Positions 28,629-37,935 are shown, counted from the first letter of the stretch. The stretch: 64,000 nucleotides of DNA from Myxococcota bacterium (GCA_965247115.1 CBDFGR010000003.1:1920001-1984000); one strand, 5' to 3'. The notes: generated by a model from the letters alone, not told the origin. Program-made: numbers and translations.

Positions 28629-28823
28629 TTGGCAGACGCAATCAAGATCAAGGAAGCCTGTACCCTCTTCCACCAGCCGAACCTCGGAGAAGAGGTCCAG
28701 CCGATCGAGCTGGAGGCGGGAACCGAGCTCCAAGTGCTCCAGGAGTGGGATACCTTCTGGCTGGCCAAGACCGACGACGGCCGCCTGATCAACGTGAAGA
28801 AGGAGCTGGCCGAAGAGGGCTAG
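28629..28823 (+). CDS. Small hypothetical protein (64 aa)
   Basis: GAGGAG SD before TTG; GC3-biased codons; beta-rich, SH3-like appearance. Confidence 0.7.
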   Translation: MADAIKIKEACTLFHQPNLGEEVQPIELEAGTELQVLQEWDTFWLAKTDDGRLINVKKELAEEG

Positions 28824-28831
28824 CTGTGGTC

Positions 28832-28939
28832 TTGTGGGACGCGGCCTGCCTTGTGGGACCCGGCGCGCGAGCGGTCGCGCGCCACCCACCTCCGCTCAGG
28901 TCTACGGCCTTCGCTGCGCGCGGCGCTTCGCCGCTTGCA
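28832..28939. repeat. Structured REP-like element, copy 1
   Basis: Shares TGTGGGACCCGGC...GCCACCCACCTCCGCTC.GG.CTACGGCCTTCGCTGCGCG...GCTTGCA with 30103-30212. Confidence 0.8.
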
Positions 28940-29035
28940 GGGAGATCCTCGGCGTGGGGAGATCCTCGGTGGGGAGATCCTCGGTGGGGAGATCCTCGGT
29001 GGGGAGATCCTAGGGGTCGGGGAGATCCTCGGCGT
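28940..29035. repeat. Tandem repeat, 6 units of ~15 bp (GGGGAGATCCTCGGT)
   Basis: Three perfect units at 28956-29000 plus three variants. Confidence 0.92.
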
Positions 29036-30065
29036 GGCCGGCTACGAGGTTGCCGAGGGTTTGTAGGAGTCTGTTGGCGTCGAGCGGCTTTTTGAAGAGT
29101 ACGCCCTGGAGACCTTGTAGGCGGCTGCGTTTGATGATGTGGTCCTTGTCGTAATAGAAGGCGGTCATCAGGACGACGTGCGTCTCGGGGCGCAGCTCCC
29201 GCGTCGCGAGTAGGAGCTCGTAGCCATCCATCTCCGGCATGACCACATCGGAGAGTACGAGGTCAAAGTGGCGCTCGCGGATGAACTCGATCGCCTCTTT
29301 TCCGTTCTCTGCGCTTTTCACCAGGGCTCCCTCCGCGGCGAGGATCTCGACGCACGACTCGCGCACGGCGGGATCGTCGTCTACGACGAGAATCGTATGC
29401 GCCGCGAGCGGGCCCGTTTGCGTTACCTCCCCCGACAGGTCGAGCATGCGCGACGCACCGAGATAGCTCGTGCTCGTGTACTCCTGCTGCTCCGACATCT
29501 GATTCAGATGTTCCAGGTGACCCTGGATGCGTGCTACCTCGTGCCGGATGCTGTCCAGCCGAGCGCGCTCCGCCGGGTCTCCCGAGCCGCGGGCGAGCAG
29601 CGAGACCTGATTCGCAATCACGGTCAACGGGTTGTTGATCTCGTGGGCCAGCCCAATCGCGACCTCCCCAAGGATTGCGAGCTGGTCCTTCCGCTGCATC
29701 TCGCGCATGTCGCGGGTAAAACCGATCGTGCCCTGCTCGGTGCCGTCAGGTCCATACAGGATCAGCCCGGAGATCGTCACGGGGATCTCCTGCTTGTCCT
29801 TCGTCACGAAGCGCGTTGGCAGGTTGATGGCGCGTCCCTTCGGACCATGATCGGAGCTCCGCATGACCCGCATGACGCGCTTGGCCTCTTCCTTGGAGGG
29901 GTAGAGCGCCACAACGTAGTGGCCAATGATCTCTTCTCGAGCGTAGCCGAGGTTCTCGCGCGCGCCGTCGTTGTAGTACTGAACGTTACCGTCGGCGTCG
30001 GTTGCCACGACGATGTCTGGCGACGCCTCGATCAGTCTTTCGAGGCTGGCCCTGTCCAGCGCCAT
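29010..30065 (-). CDS. PAS-HisKA-receiver signalling protein (no HATPase domain)
   Basis: PAS (EASPD...YYNDGA..NLGY); H-box LAHEINNPL; REC ILVVDDD...SDVVMP.MDG...MTA...KKP. Confidence 0.85.
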   Translation of the reverse strand: MALDRASLERLIEASPDIVVATDADGNVQYYNDGARENLGYAREEIIGHYVVALYPSKEEAKRVMRVMRSSDHGPKGRAINLPTRFVTKDKQEIPVTISGLILYGPDGTEQGTIGFTRDMREMQRKDQLAILGEVAIGLAHEINNPLTVIANQVSLLARGSGDPAERARLDSIRHEVARIQGHLEHLNQMSEQQEYTSTSYLGASRMLDLSGEVTQTGPLAAHTILVVDDDPAVRESCVEILAAEGALVKSAENGKEAIEFIRERHFDLVLSDVVMPEMDGYELLLATRELRPETHVVLMTAFYYDKDHIIKRSRLQGLQGVLFKKPLDANRLLQTLGNLVAGHAEDLPDP

Positions 30066-30102
30066 CTGGCGCCAGTCTATGCGTGCCGGCGGCGGCGCGC
30101 CA

Positions 30103-30212
30103 CTGCCTTGTGGGACGTGTCCTGTGGGACCCGGCCGCGGGCGGCCGCGGCCACCCACCTCCGCTCGGGCCTACGGCCTTCGCTGCGCGCGCCGCGTTCC
30201 GCGGCGCTTGCA
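30103..30212. repeat. Structured REP-like element, copy 2
   Basis: Direct repeat of 28832-28939 with different but still self-complementary stems. Confidence 0.8.
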
Positions 30213-30297
30213 TGGGTGCCGAGCCCCGTAGGAGGTTGCCGATATAGGCGTCGCTGCCGTCGTCTCACGCGGAATAAGTTCAGATTAAGGACCGTCC

Positions 30298-32631
30298 CTA
30301 CGTCAAGTTCCGTTCTCTGGGCGCGCGGCGTTTCTGCACGAGCTCGAGGCGCACTCCGCCCAGGGCGGCTCGCTCTGAGCGTTTCCAGACCGTGATGGCG
30401 AGCTGGTTGTCGGCGTCCGGGTCGACGATTCCCCAGGGTAGAAAGAAACGACGCTGCGGGCCGCGTTCGGGCCAGTAGCGACCGATCAGGTAGCCGTTCA
30501 CGTACAGGTTGGCCTTGCCTCGTCCCGGCTCAAGGGCCAGACACAGTGCGGTCGCCTTGGTGTCGACTCCCTGCAGCCGGAACTGCGCCTCGTAGAGCCC
30601 TACACCGTCTGGCTCGCCCGTCCAGCCGTGCGGGAGGTTTACCTCCTGTACGGCGGTTCTCTCGACGCCCTCGAAGGCGACGACCGGAGTCATGCCTTGC
30701 TCACCCCGGACGAGTCCGCCGCGGAAGCGCCAGCGGGTCGACGTGCCACCCGTGTCGACGCGAACGATTCCACGCGGGTTCGCGAAATCATCCGCGAAGC
30801 CCTTGTTGTGACCAAGGCTCTCCACGAGCACAACGATCGTATTGCGTCCCTCTCCGAGCGTCTGTGGAGGCACCGCAATCCGTGCGATCCGGGCGCCGTC
30901 CGGCCCGATCCCGAGCGTATTTTTGAACTGATCCCCCGCCGCAACGAGCGATCCGTTGATCCAGACAGCCCAGCAGTGGCGTGCGTCCAGCAGCAGTCGA
31001 TCCAGGTGACCGTTGAAGCTGCCGCGATACCAAATGCAGCCGTAGTGGACGCCGAGCGCATCGATGTCGATCTGGCCGAGCTCGACCTGGCCGGCCGGAA
31101 TCTCGTCCCAGTCGGAGTCGTCGTAGGCAGGATCGATCTGAGGGCTCGCCCCTCCGAACGTCCAGCGGCCGAGATCCGGCAGCGGCGACGGCGTAGATGC
31201 GGGGCTGGGAGTCGGCTCGGGAAGCTCGGGGCTCACCGCTTCGAGCGACCCGTTCTCGTCATAGACACGAATCTGTGTCTCCCACGGCGCGAGCGTGCTG
31301 CGCTCCGCCTCCGGCGTGGGCACCGGATTGGGCCGCGGCAGGGTGTTGCGAAGGTACTGGAAGCTTCGCCGGGGTCCCCTGCGGGAGAGCAAGTGCTCGG
31401 GACACCACGGGGCGTGGGACTGGTCCCGCTCGGTCTCGACAAGGTCCTCCTCGAACTCAGCCAGGAACTCGTTCAGCCTGCGCACGGCCTCGTAGGCCGT
31501 TCCGGTGAGGCCGGACTCACCGATCGGAGCCGCATAGTCGTAGGAGCTGTAGACGTCGGGGCCCGCCATGTAGCCCCAGCTCACCCCCCCGGAGAACATG
31601 TAGTAGTTCCAGAGCGTGGCCCGCTGGCTGAGCGCCGCCTTGGTCACGCTGTCTACGACAAGGGCCCCGAGAAGCTCGCGGATCCTGTCGTAGCCCGGAC
31701 CGCCCCAACCGTCGTACCAGCCGGCCTGCAGCTCCGCGTAGAACTGAGGGGTCGTATCGCGGTGCGCGTCGAGCGCAGCCTCGTCGCCGAGGAACGCGTC
31801 GAAGCTCCTGCGATCTGCTCGCCAATCCTTCTGGAAGGACGTGACGGGATAGCGATCGAGCGCGATCAGGTCGGCGTCCATCTGGCGACCCGAGACCACA
31901 GAGACGTCGTTGTGCGAGATGGGCACCTGGACACCGCGCTCCCGCAGCAGCTCGTAGAGCTCCCGCATGTAGCGACTGGTCTGACCGCGCGCCCCGCCAC
32001 GCGACGGCGCGCGTCGATCCGCCCCGCCGCGGCCCCACAACCGCAGGCGACGTGACAGGCTGCGAGCGCGGGTGCCTCCGAACCAGCGCACAAGCAGATC
32101 CGTCAGGTCGCCGGAAAAGCCCGAGTAGGGTCCGGGAATCGTGTACTCGTTCTCCATCTGCACCAGGAGAAGATTCGATCGCCCGGCGAAGCGCGGCACG
32201 ATCTCATCGAACCAGTGCCGGGTCGCGGAAACGAATTCCTGTGAGTAGCTGAAACCGGCGTCGATACGACAGCGGGGAATGATCGAGCGCTCCCGAAGCA
32301 GCCAGGCCGGCAAGCCGCCCATGTCGAGCTCGGCACATATGTAAGGACCCGGGCGCGCGATCAGGTAGAGACCCGCCTCTTCGATCATGTCGTGAAGCCG
32401 CTCGACGTCGCGGATGTCTCCGAAGTCGTACTCGCCTGGGGCGGGGGAGTGGTAGTTCCAGGGATAGTAGAGATCCACGGCGTTCAGCCCGGCGGCGCGG
32501 AACTGCTGCAGGCGGTCGTGCCACAGGCCCTGGGAGGGGAGGCGGAAGTAGTGCAGCGAGCCGGAACGGATCAACCTGCGCCGACCCTCGATCAGGAGAC
32601 TGTGGCGGTCGAACTCGACCTTCACGGGCAT
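30298..32631 (-). CDS. GH35 beta-galactosidase
   Basis: SGSLHYFRLP, ARPGPYICAE, QMENEY (acid/base), YAELQAGW (nucleophile), YYMFSGG, SYDYAAPI, GRYWP..GPQ. Confidence 0.9.
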   Translation of the reverse strand: MPVKVEFDRHSLLIEGRRRLIRSGSLHYFRLPSQGLWHDRLQQFRAAGLNAVDLYYPWNYHSPAPGEYDFGDIRDVERLHDMIEEAGLYLIARPGPYICAELDMGGLPAWLLRERSIIPRCRIDAGFSYSQEFVSATRHWFDEIVPRFAGRSNLLLVQMENEYTIPGPYSGFSGDLTDLLVRWFGGTRARSLSRRLRLWGRGGADRRAPSRGGARGQTSRYMRELYELLRERGVQVPISHNDVSVVSGRQMDADLIALDRYPVTSFQKDWRADRRSFDAFLGDEAALDAHRDTTPQFYAELQAGWYDGWGGPGYDRIRELLGALVVDSVTKAALSQRATLWNYYMFSGGVSWGYMAGPDVYSSYDYAAPIGESGLTGTAYEAVRRLNEFLAEFEEDLVETERDQSHAPWCPEHLLSRRGPRRSFQYLRNTLPRPNPVPTPEAERSTLAPWETQIRVYDENGSLEAVSPELPEPTPSPASTPSPLPDLGRWTFGGASPQIDPAYDDSDWDEIPAGQVELGQIDIDALGVHYGCIWYRGSFNGHLDRLLLDARHCWAVWINGSLVAAGDQFKNTLGIGPDGARIARIAVPPQTLGEGRNTIVVLVESLGHNKGFADDFANPRGIVRVDTGGTSTRWRFRGGLVRGEQGMTPVVAFEGVERTAVQEVNLPHGWTGEPDGVGLYEAQFRLQGVDTKATALCLALEPGRGKANLYVNGYLIGRYWPERGPQRRFFLPWGIVDPDADNQLAITVWKRSERAALGGVRLELVQKRRAPRERNLT

Positions 32632-32641
32632 CCCCGAAACG

Positions 32642-33583
32642 CTAGCCCTGAGCAGCCAACCAGCGCTCCGCGTCCAGGGCCGCCATGCAGCCGCTGCCGG
32701 CAGCTGTCACCGCTTGACGGTAGACGGGATCCATCACGTCACCGCACGCAAACACGCCTTCAACGCTCGACCGCGTGGTTCCTGGCTCGACGAGAACGTA
32801 GCCGACGTCATCTAGCTCCAACGAGTCTTTGAACACTGCAGAGTTCGGCTCGTGGCCGATCGCGATGAACAGCGCCTGAACGTCGAGAACGCTGGTCTTG
32901 CCCGACTCCACGTTCGCGATTCGCACCCCGGTGACTCCGTCGCCGTTACCGAGCACTTCATCGACGACACTGTCCCACACGAACTGAATCTTCTCGTTCT
33001 TTCGGGCCCGCTCCCGCATGATCTTGCTGGCGCGAAGCTCGGAACGACGGTGAATGACGTGTACGACGGTGGCGAAGCGCGTCAGGAAGAGCGCCTCTTC
33101 CATCGCCGTGTCACCCCCGCCCACCACGGCCATCGGCTTGCCGCGGTAGAGCGCGCCGTCGCAGGTCGCGCAGGCCGACACTCCCCGGTTCACAAAGGCC
33201 TGCTCTGAGTCGAGCCCCAGCCAGCGCGCCGTAGCGCCGGTCGCGATGATCAGCGCGTTCGCGGTGAACGACTCGCTCGGGGCCTCTACGCGAAAGGGCC
33301 GCGAGCTCAGATCGACGCGCGACGCATCCTCCAGAATGACGCGGGCCCCGAACCGCTCCGCCTGGCGCTGGAAGACCTCCATGAGCTCGGGCCCGGTCAC
33401 ACCCTCGGGGAAGCCCGGGTAGTTCTCCACGTCCGTCGTGATCATGAGCTGCCCGCCAAACGCCGCTCCCGCCACGACGACGGGCTCGAGCTCGGCCCGC
33501 GCGGCGTAGATCGCGGCTGTGTACCCGGCGGGACCGCTACCGACGATCAGGAGCTTGGCTTGCGTACTAGGACTTGCTGACAT
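32642..33583 (-). CDS. trxB: Thioredoxin reductase
   Basis: GSGPAGYTAAIYAAR, SACATCDG, GGGDTAMEEA, YRQAVTAAGSG. Confidence 0.96.
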   Translation of the reverse strand: MSASPSTQAKLLIVGSGPAGYTAAIYAARAELEPVVVAGAAFGGQLMITTDVENYPGFPEGVTGPELMEVFQRQAERFGARVILEDASRVDLSSRPFRVEAPSESFTANALIIATGATARWLGLDSEQAFVNRGVSACATCDGALYRGKPMAVVGGGDTAMEEALFLTRFATVVHVIHRRSELRASKIMRERARKNEKIQFVWDSVVDEVLGNGDGVTGVRIANVESGKTSVLDVQALFIAIGHEPNSAVFKDSLELDDVGYVLVEPGTTRSSVEGVFACGDVMDPVYRQAVTAAGSGCMAALDAERWLAAQG

Positions 33584-33600
33584 CGTTTGGTGGCTGGCGC

Positions 33601-34086
33601 CTACTCCCACTCCGAAAAGGAGATGCCGCGAACTTCGTACTCCCGCGTCCCTGCGGGAACGTTGACCTTAGCGGTGTCATCGACCGCTCTGCCCAGGAGC
33701 GCGCGCGCGACAGGGCTGGTGACCGACAAGAGACCCTTGCGAATGTCGGCCTCGTCCTCTCCGACCAGGGTGTAGGTGACTTCCTCACCTGAGTTGATCT
33801 CCTCGAGGACCACTGTTGTTCCGAAGCGCACTCGCCCGGGCGGGGTGCCGCGTCCATCTAAAACCTGGGCCCGGGCCAGCTTGTCTTGAAGCGACCGGAT
33901 GCGTCCCTCGATCTGTGACTGCTCGTGCTTGGCGGCATCGTACTCGGCGTTCTCCGACAGATCGCCGTGCTCCCGCGCCACGCGAATCGCCTCCACCACG
34001 CGAGGTCGCTCCGCACGTTCCAGGCGCTTGAGCTCTTCGACGAGCAACGTATGGCCCCGCGGGGTCATGAGAACCTTGTCGGACAA
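33601..34086 (-). CDS. greA: Transcription elongation factor GreA
   Basis: AREHGDLSENAEYDAAK, SPVARALLG; TTG start after AGGAGAGG. Confidence 0.95.
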   Translation of the reverse strand: MSDKVLMTPRGHTLLVEELKRLERAERPRVVEAIRVAREHGDLSENAEYDAAKHEQSQIEGRIRSLQDKLARAQVLDGRGTPPGRVRFGTTVVLEEINSGEEVTYTLVGEDEADIRKGLLSVTSPVARALLGRAVDDTAKVNVPAGTREYEVRGISFSEWE

Positions 34087-34106
34087 CCCGTACCTCTCCT
34101 TTGGAG

Positions 34107-34136
34107 AAAGTACCGAGCCGCCCGAACCCCTGTCAA
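34107..34136 (-). promoter_or_regulatory. sigma70-type promoter of greA-trxB
   Basis: TTGACA-N18-TACTTT upstream of the greA SD. Confidence 0.65.
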
Positions 34137-34157
34137 CGACGGTGAAGCGAGCTGCGA

Positions 34158-34415
34158 CTACTCGACCCGTTCTTCCAGCAGCCGGATGATGTACCCGATG
34201 ATCAGCAGGTTCGGGATGCGTCTCCGAAGCAGTGCTTCGTCGAGCTTTCGCTCGGGGCTCGAAGACAGAAGGTCGGCGGCGAATTCCTGCGCGTAGTTCG
34301 AGAAGAACTCCAACATGTCCATGTTGACGTTCTTGGCAAGCATGGTGTTGATCTCGTCTACGTCGAGATCCTTCCATATCTCGGTGAACTCGATCGCGAT
34401 CTCTCGGCCGTTCAT
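34158..34415 (-). CDS. Hypothetical protein (85 aa)
   Basis: MNGREIAIEFTEIWKDLD...; protein-like composition, GC3-biased codons. Confidence 0.7.
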   Translation of the reverse strand: MNGREIAIEFTEIWKDLDVDEINTMLAKNVNMDMLEFFSNYAQEFAADLLSSSPERKLDEALLRRRIPNLLIIGYIIRLLEERVE

Positions 34416-34557
34416 GCAACGATCATGACAGCCCCAGACACGCAAGGTCAATCGCGCCTGCGCTGGAAAAGCTCCTAGATCCGATGACTTAGAGTCGAAA
34501 AACGACGCGGATCCGATCCGCAACAAGCGCAGCTATGCGCCCGCAACCACGCGTCTT

Positions 34558-35103
34558 TCAGTCGGCGCGGCGCCAGTCGATCTGGCGCGCCGAACCGGAG
34601 TCAGGAAAGTCGCCGGCCGAGCGGAGCACTGACTCCTCGACGTAGACGAGGGTGCTAGTACGGACCGCGATCGCGATCGCATCGCTCGGACGGGCGTCGA
34701 TCTCAACCCTGCGACTGTCGATCTCGATCTCGATCTTCGCGTAGAAAGTGTTGTCCTTGAGCTCTGTCACGACCACCCGCTCGATGCGTCCCTTCATCCC
34801 GACAACGAGGTCCTTGATGAGGTCGTGCGTCAAGGGGCGCGCTGGCTCGATCTCCTCGATGCCGCGCGCAATCGAGTACGCCTGCTCCGGGCCGATCAGG
34901 ATCGACAGCGCACGCTCCTGCCCGCCGCGCTCGTTGAGGAGCAGCACGAAGCTCTCGCTCGTCGGATCGAACTTGACACTGTCGACGTTCACCAGCCGCG
35001 CCGTGAGATTCGGCGCTCCCGACTGCATTGTGCATCCCAGCAGCAAGATGGCAGCGAAAGAGCTGCAGTGACGTCGGATCCTGCCTCCCCACCGAGCCTC
35101 CAT
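34558..35103 (-). CDS. Bifunctional nuclease (DUF151/BFN) family protein
   Basis: L.ILIG..QA.SI, RPLTHDL, NTFYA, IDARPSDAIAIAVR; start codon uncertain. Confidence 0.88.
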   Translation of the reverse strand: MEARWGGRIRRHCSSFAAILLLGCTMQSGAPNLTARLVNVDSVKFDPTSESFVLLLNERGGQERALSILIGPEQAYSIARGIEEIEPARPLTHDLIKDLVVGMKGRIERVVVTELKDNTFYAKIEIEIDSRRVEIDARPSDAIAIAVRTSTLVYVEESVLRSAGDFPDSGSARQIDWRRAD

Positions 35104-35179
35104 GGGGTCCTCCAAGCCTGAGAACACCAAGGATACCATGGGGTGGCAGGCGGCGGAGCAGGTTGGTATCTCGTGCCAC

Positions 35180-35587
35180 GTGAGAGCCGTTCTCGCCGGC
35201 GCGTTCGCGACACTGGGACTTGTTGCGTGCGTTACGATTACGACCGCCCCGCCAGGCCCTCCCGACGCCCCGAAGCTCGAGGTCTTCAAGGGAGAGGGGC
35301 CGCCCGTGCTGGAGCCGACGGACGCGGCGGGACTGTTTGCCGTGCCTTCGCTCGGGCCAACCGTCTACTACCACGAAGAGCAGAACTACTGGTTCCGGTA
35401 CGACAAGAACCGCTGGTACATGGCCTTTGCCTGGGACGGGAACTGGTTCGCCCTGCCGGAGAAAGAAGTCCCCTCCGTCCTTGCCAAGCGTCACGCCCCA
35501 CCCGCATCGCAGGAGGTCGAGGACGAGCTCGCGGAGCTGGACCGACAGCTGAAAGAGCTCGAACGGAAGCAGGTCGAGCAGCCCTAG
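35180..35587 (+). CDS. Hypothetical lipoprotein
   Basis: Signal ending LGLVA-C; aromatic-rich core (YYH...YWFRY...WY...WDGNW); coiled-coil tail; start uncertain. Confidence 0.7.
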   Translation: MRAVLAGAFATLGLVACVTITTAPPGPPDAPKLEVFKGEGPPVLEPTDAAGLFAVPSLGPTVYYHEEQNYWFRYDKNRWYMAFAWDGNWFALPEKEVPSVLAKRHAPPASQEVEDELAELDRQLKELERKQVEQP

Positions 35588-35593
35588 CCTGGC

Positions 35594-36895
35594 TCAGGCC
35601 TCCGTGATCTCGATCATGCGCTCCAGGGCGACCCGCGCGTCTGCGGCGATCCGTGCTCGTCCGGCCGCATCGAGACGCTCGCGGTGACCCGAGATCTCGT
35701 CCACACAGTCTCCGGGAAGGACCCGGTTCAGATCCGGGGCCCGACCCTGACGCAGCAGGTCGAGCAGAGCGACGAGGTGCGGAGGATCGTTTCGAGACAT
35801 GGTCGCGCAGCCGCAGCCGGCCTCAGCGACGCCGGGGACGTCGGCGAGATGGGTCACGCGAACATCCCGCCTGGCGGCCTGCTCGGAAAGGTTTCGGACG
35901 AAGTGCCCCTCCGTCCCGACGGCGACGTGAGCTCCGTCGGGCACCTCGCGCAGCACGAAGTTCCAGAGAAAGCTGGTCGAGCCGGAAGCATCCGCTGCGC
36001 GAACGACCTCGCGCGTGCACTCGGGGTGCACGACCACCTGGTAGCCCTGCTCACGCCAGTAGGCCACGTGTTCCGGCTGGAACAGCGTATGGACACCGCA
36101 GAAGGAACCCCACAGGATCAGCTCCGCGTCGTCGAGCGCGCCGGCGTCTGTGTCGTCGATCTCGCCGCCCTCGTGCCCAGCGGGAAGACAGTGGATGAGT
36201 TCCGGCAGAATGCCGACCTGGGCAGCGACGTTTCGCCCGAGGTGCTGATCCGGGACGAAGAAGATCTTGCGCCGCTGTGCTCTTGCCCAGTTCATGATGG
36301 CGGCCGCGTTCGAGCTCGTGCAGACCGCCCCACCACTGCCCCCGGCCAGCGCCTTGATGCGTCCCGAGGTGTTCATATACGCGACCATCATGATCCCATC
36401 GCCGTAGCGCTCTCGGAGCCAGGCGAAGGCCGGAGCCACCATGAACTCCTTGGCCATCATCTCCATGGTGCAGCCCGACTTTGGGTTCGTGATCCAGACC
36501 TGCTGCTCAGGACTCGCGAGCAGGGAGATCGCCTCTGCCATGAAGTGAACGGCCGACTCGACGAATACGCTCTTGCGCGGATGGAGCACGGCCTGACGCG
36601 CAAGCTGGTAGGAGTCCGCAATCATCCCACCGTAGCGCTCCACCAGCTTCACGACCTCGCCGCCCATGTAGTAATGAGCGAGCAGCACGAGGTCAGGACC
36701 CAGCTCCGAAAGGGCGGGGCGGATGTAGGAATCCATCCAGGGGAGTACGGTCGCGGGCTTGCGGTCCGCCAGCGCGAGATACTCCTCGGCGTACTCCTTG
36801 AACTCTTCCTGATACCAGTCGAGCGGCAGATCCGTCTGACAGATCGGCAGGTCCGGTTGAATCCGAATCCCGCTGGAGGTAAGGGGGGCTCCCAT
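35594..36895 (-). CDS. nadA: Quinolinate synthase
   Basis: LAHYY, ADSYQLA, VHFMAE, GCTM, YMNTS, CTSSNA, PDQHLG, CGVH, HPEC, VGTE. Confidence 0.92.
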   Translation of the reverse strand: MGAPLTSSGIRIQPDLPICQTDLPLDWYQEEFKEYAEEYLALADRKPATVLPWMDSYIRPALSELGPDLVLLAHYYMGGEVVKLVERYGGMIADSYQLARQAVLHPRKSVFVESAVHFMAEAISLLASPEQQVWITNPKSGCTMEMMAKEFMVAPAFAWLRERYGDGIMMVAYMNTSGRIKALAGGSGGAVCTSSNAAAIMNWARAQRRKIFFVPDQHLGRNVAAQVGILPELIHCLPAGHEGGEIDDTDAGALDDAELILWGSFCGVHTLFQPEHVAYWREQGYQVVVHPECTREVVRAADASGSTSFLWNFVLREVPDGAHVAVGTEGHFVRNLSEQAARRDVRVTHLADVPGVAEAGCGCATMSRNDPPHLVALLDLLRQGRAPDLNRVLPGDCVDEISGHRERLDAAGRARIAADARVALERMIEITEA

Positions 36896-36936
36896 AGAGC
36901 CAGGTTAAGCCAGCGACCGCAAGGAAGCCAGCAGCG

Positions 36937-37935
36937 CTAGATGCTGCCCTCTCTGGTGATCGAGGCAACGTCGAAGGGACGAGCCACGCCCGGCTCGAAC
37001 CGGACCGGGCACTCGGAGACAGCACAGCCCGCGCAGTGCTGCGGGCGACAGGGGTCGAGGTGGACCACGACATCGCCGCGCCCCTCGAGAACGTCGAGCA
37101 ACTCCCGCTCGGCCTGGTCGCCGCTCCTGTGCGCCTCTTCCATCGAGAAGTAGCGAGGAACGACCAGGTGAAGATCGATGTGGCGTAGCGCGCCGACCGC
37201 GCGCGAGCGCAGCTGGTGGATCTCGCACCACTCCGGCACACGCGCCTGCTCCAGGCGCTCTGCCAGCCGCACGAGCAGGCCGAAGTCCGCCTCGTCGAGC
37301 AGACCCATCAGGGCGCGGCGGACCACGCGGACGCCTGCCACGACGATGTTCGCGGCGAGCAGCAACGCGACGAGCGGATCCAGCAGCGTCCAGCCTGTCA
37401 GACGAACGCCGAGCAACGCCACGATCCCTCCGACAGTCGTGGCGGTGTCAGTCAGCAGGTGGATCCCGTCCGCCCGCAACGCCTCCGAGTGTTCCCGCGC
37501 CCCGATGCGAAGCAGGTAGAGTCCGAGTCCCAGGTTGGCGAGCCCTGCGCCGCTCGCGATCAGGATGCCCTCGGTGATCCGCGAGAGCTCCGGCCCGACG
37601 AACAGTCGGCGCACCGCCTCCACCGCGATCCAGACGGCGGCTGCCATGATCAGCGAGCCCTCGACCAGTGCCGAAAGAGTCTCCGCCTTGCCGTGCCCGT
37701 AGGGGTGATCCTCGTCGGGAGGCCTCGCCGACACGACAACGGTGTAGGTTACGAGTCCGGCCGCAACCACGTTGACAATCGACTCGAGCGCATCTGCCAG
37801 CAGCACGGTCGAGCCCGTCAGCGACCAGGCAAGGACCTTGACGCCAAGAATGCCCACACTTGCGAGCAGAGAGATCACTCCGGCGCGAACGACGACACCG
37901 GAGCCGGGCGCACGCAGCGTGCGATCGGTCAGCAT
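36937..37935 (-). CDS. Cation diffusion facilitator transporter
   Basis: LADALES, PPDEDHPYGHGKAE, ADGIHLLTD, VVHLDPC with Cys-rich tail. Confidence 0.92.
   Translation of the reverse strand: MLTDRTLRAPGSGVVVRAGVISLLASVGILGVKVLAWSLTGSTVLLADALESIVNVVAAGLVTYTVVVSARPPDEDHPYGHGKAETLSALVEGSLIMAAAVWIAVEAVRRLFVGPELSRITEGILIASGAGLANLGLGLYLLRIGAREHSEALRADGIHLLTDTATTVGGIVALLGVRLTGWTLLDPLVALLLAANIVVAGVRVVRRALMGLLDEADFGLLVRLAERLEQARVPEWCEIHQLRSRAVGALRHIDLHLVVPRYFSMEEAHRSGDQAERELLDVLEGRGDVVVHLDPCRPQHCAGCAVSECPVRFEPGVARPFDVASITREGSI

Noticed and set aside
28940..29035. Possible CRISPR array
   Set aside because: Units are ~15 bp, head-to-tail, with no unique spacers; no cas genes in the window
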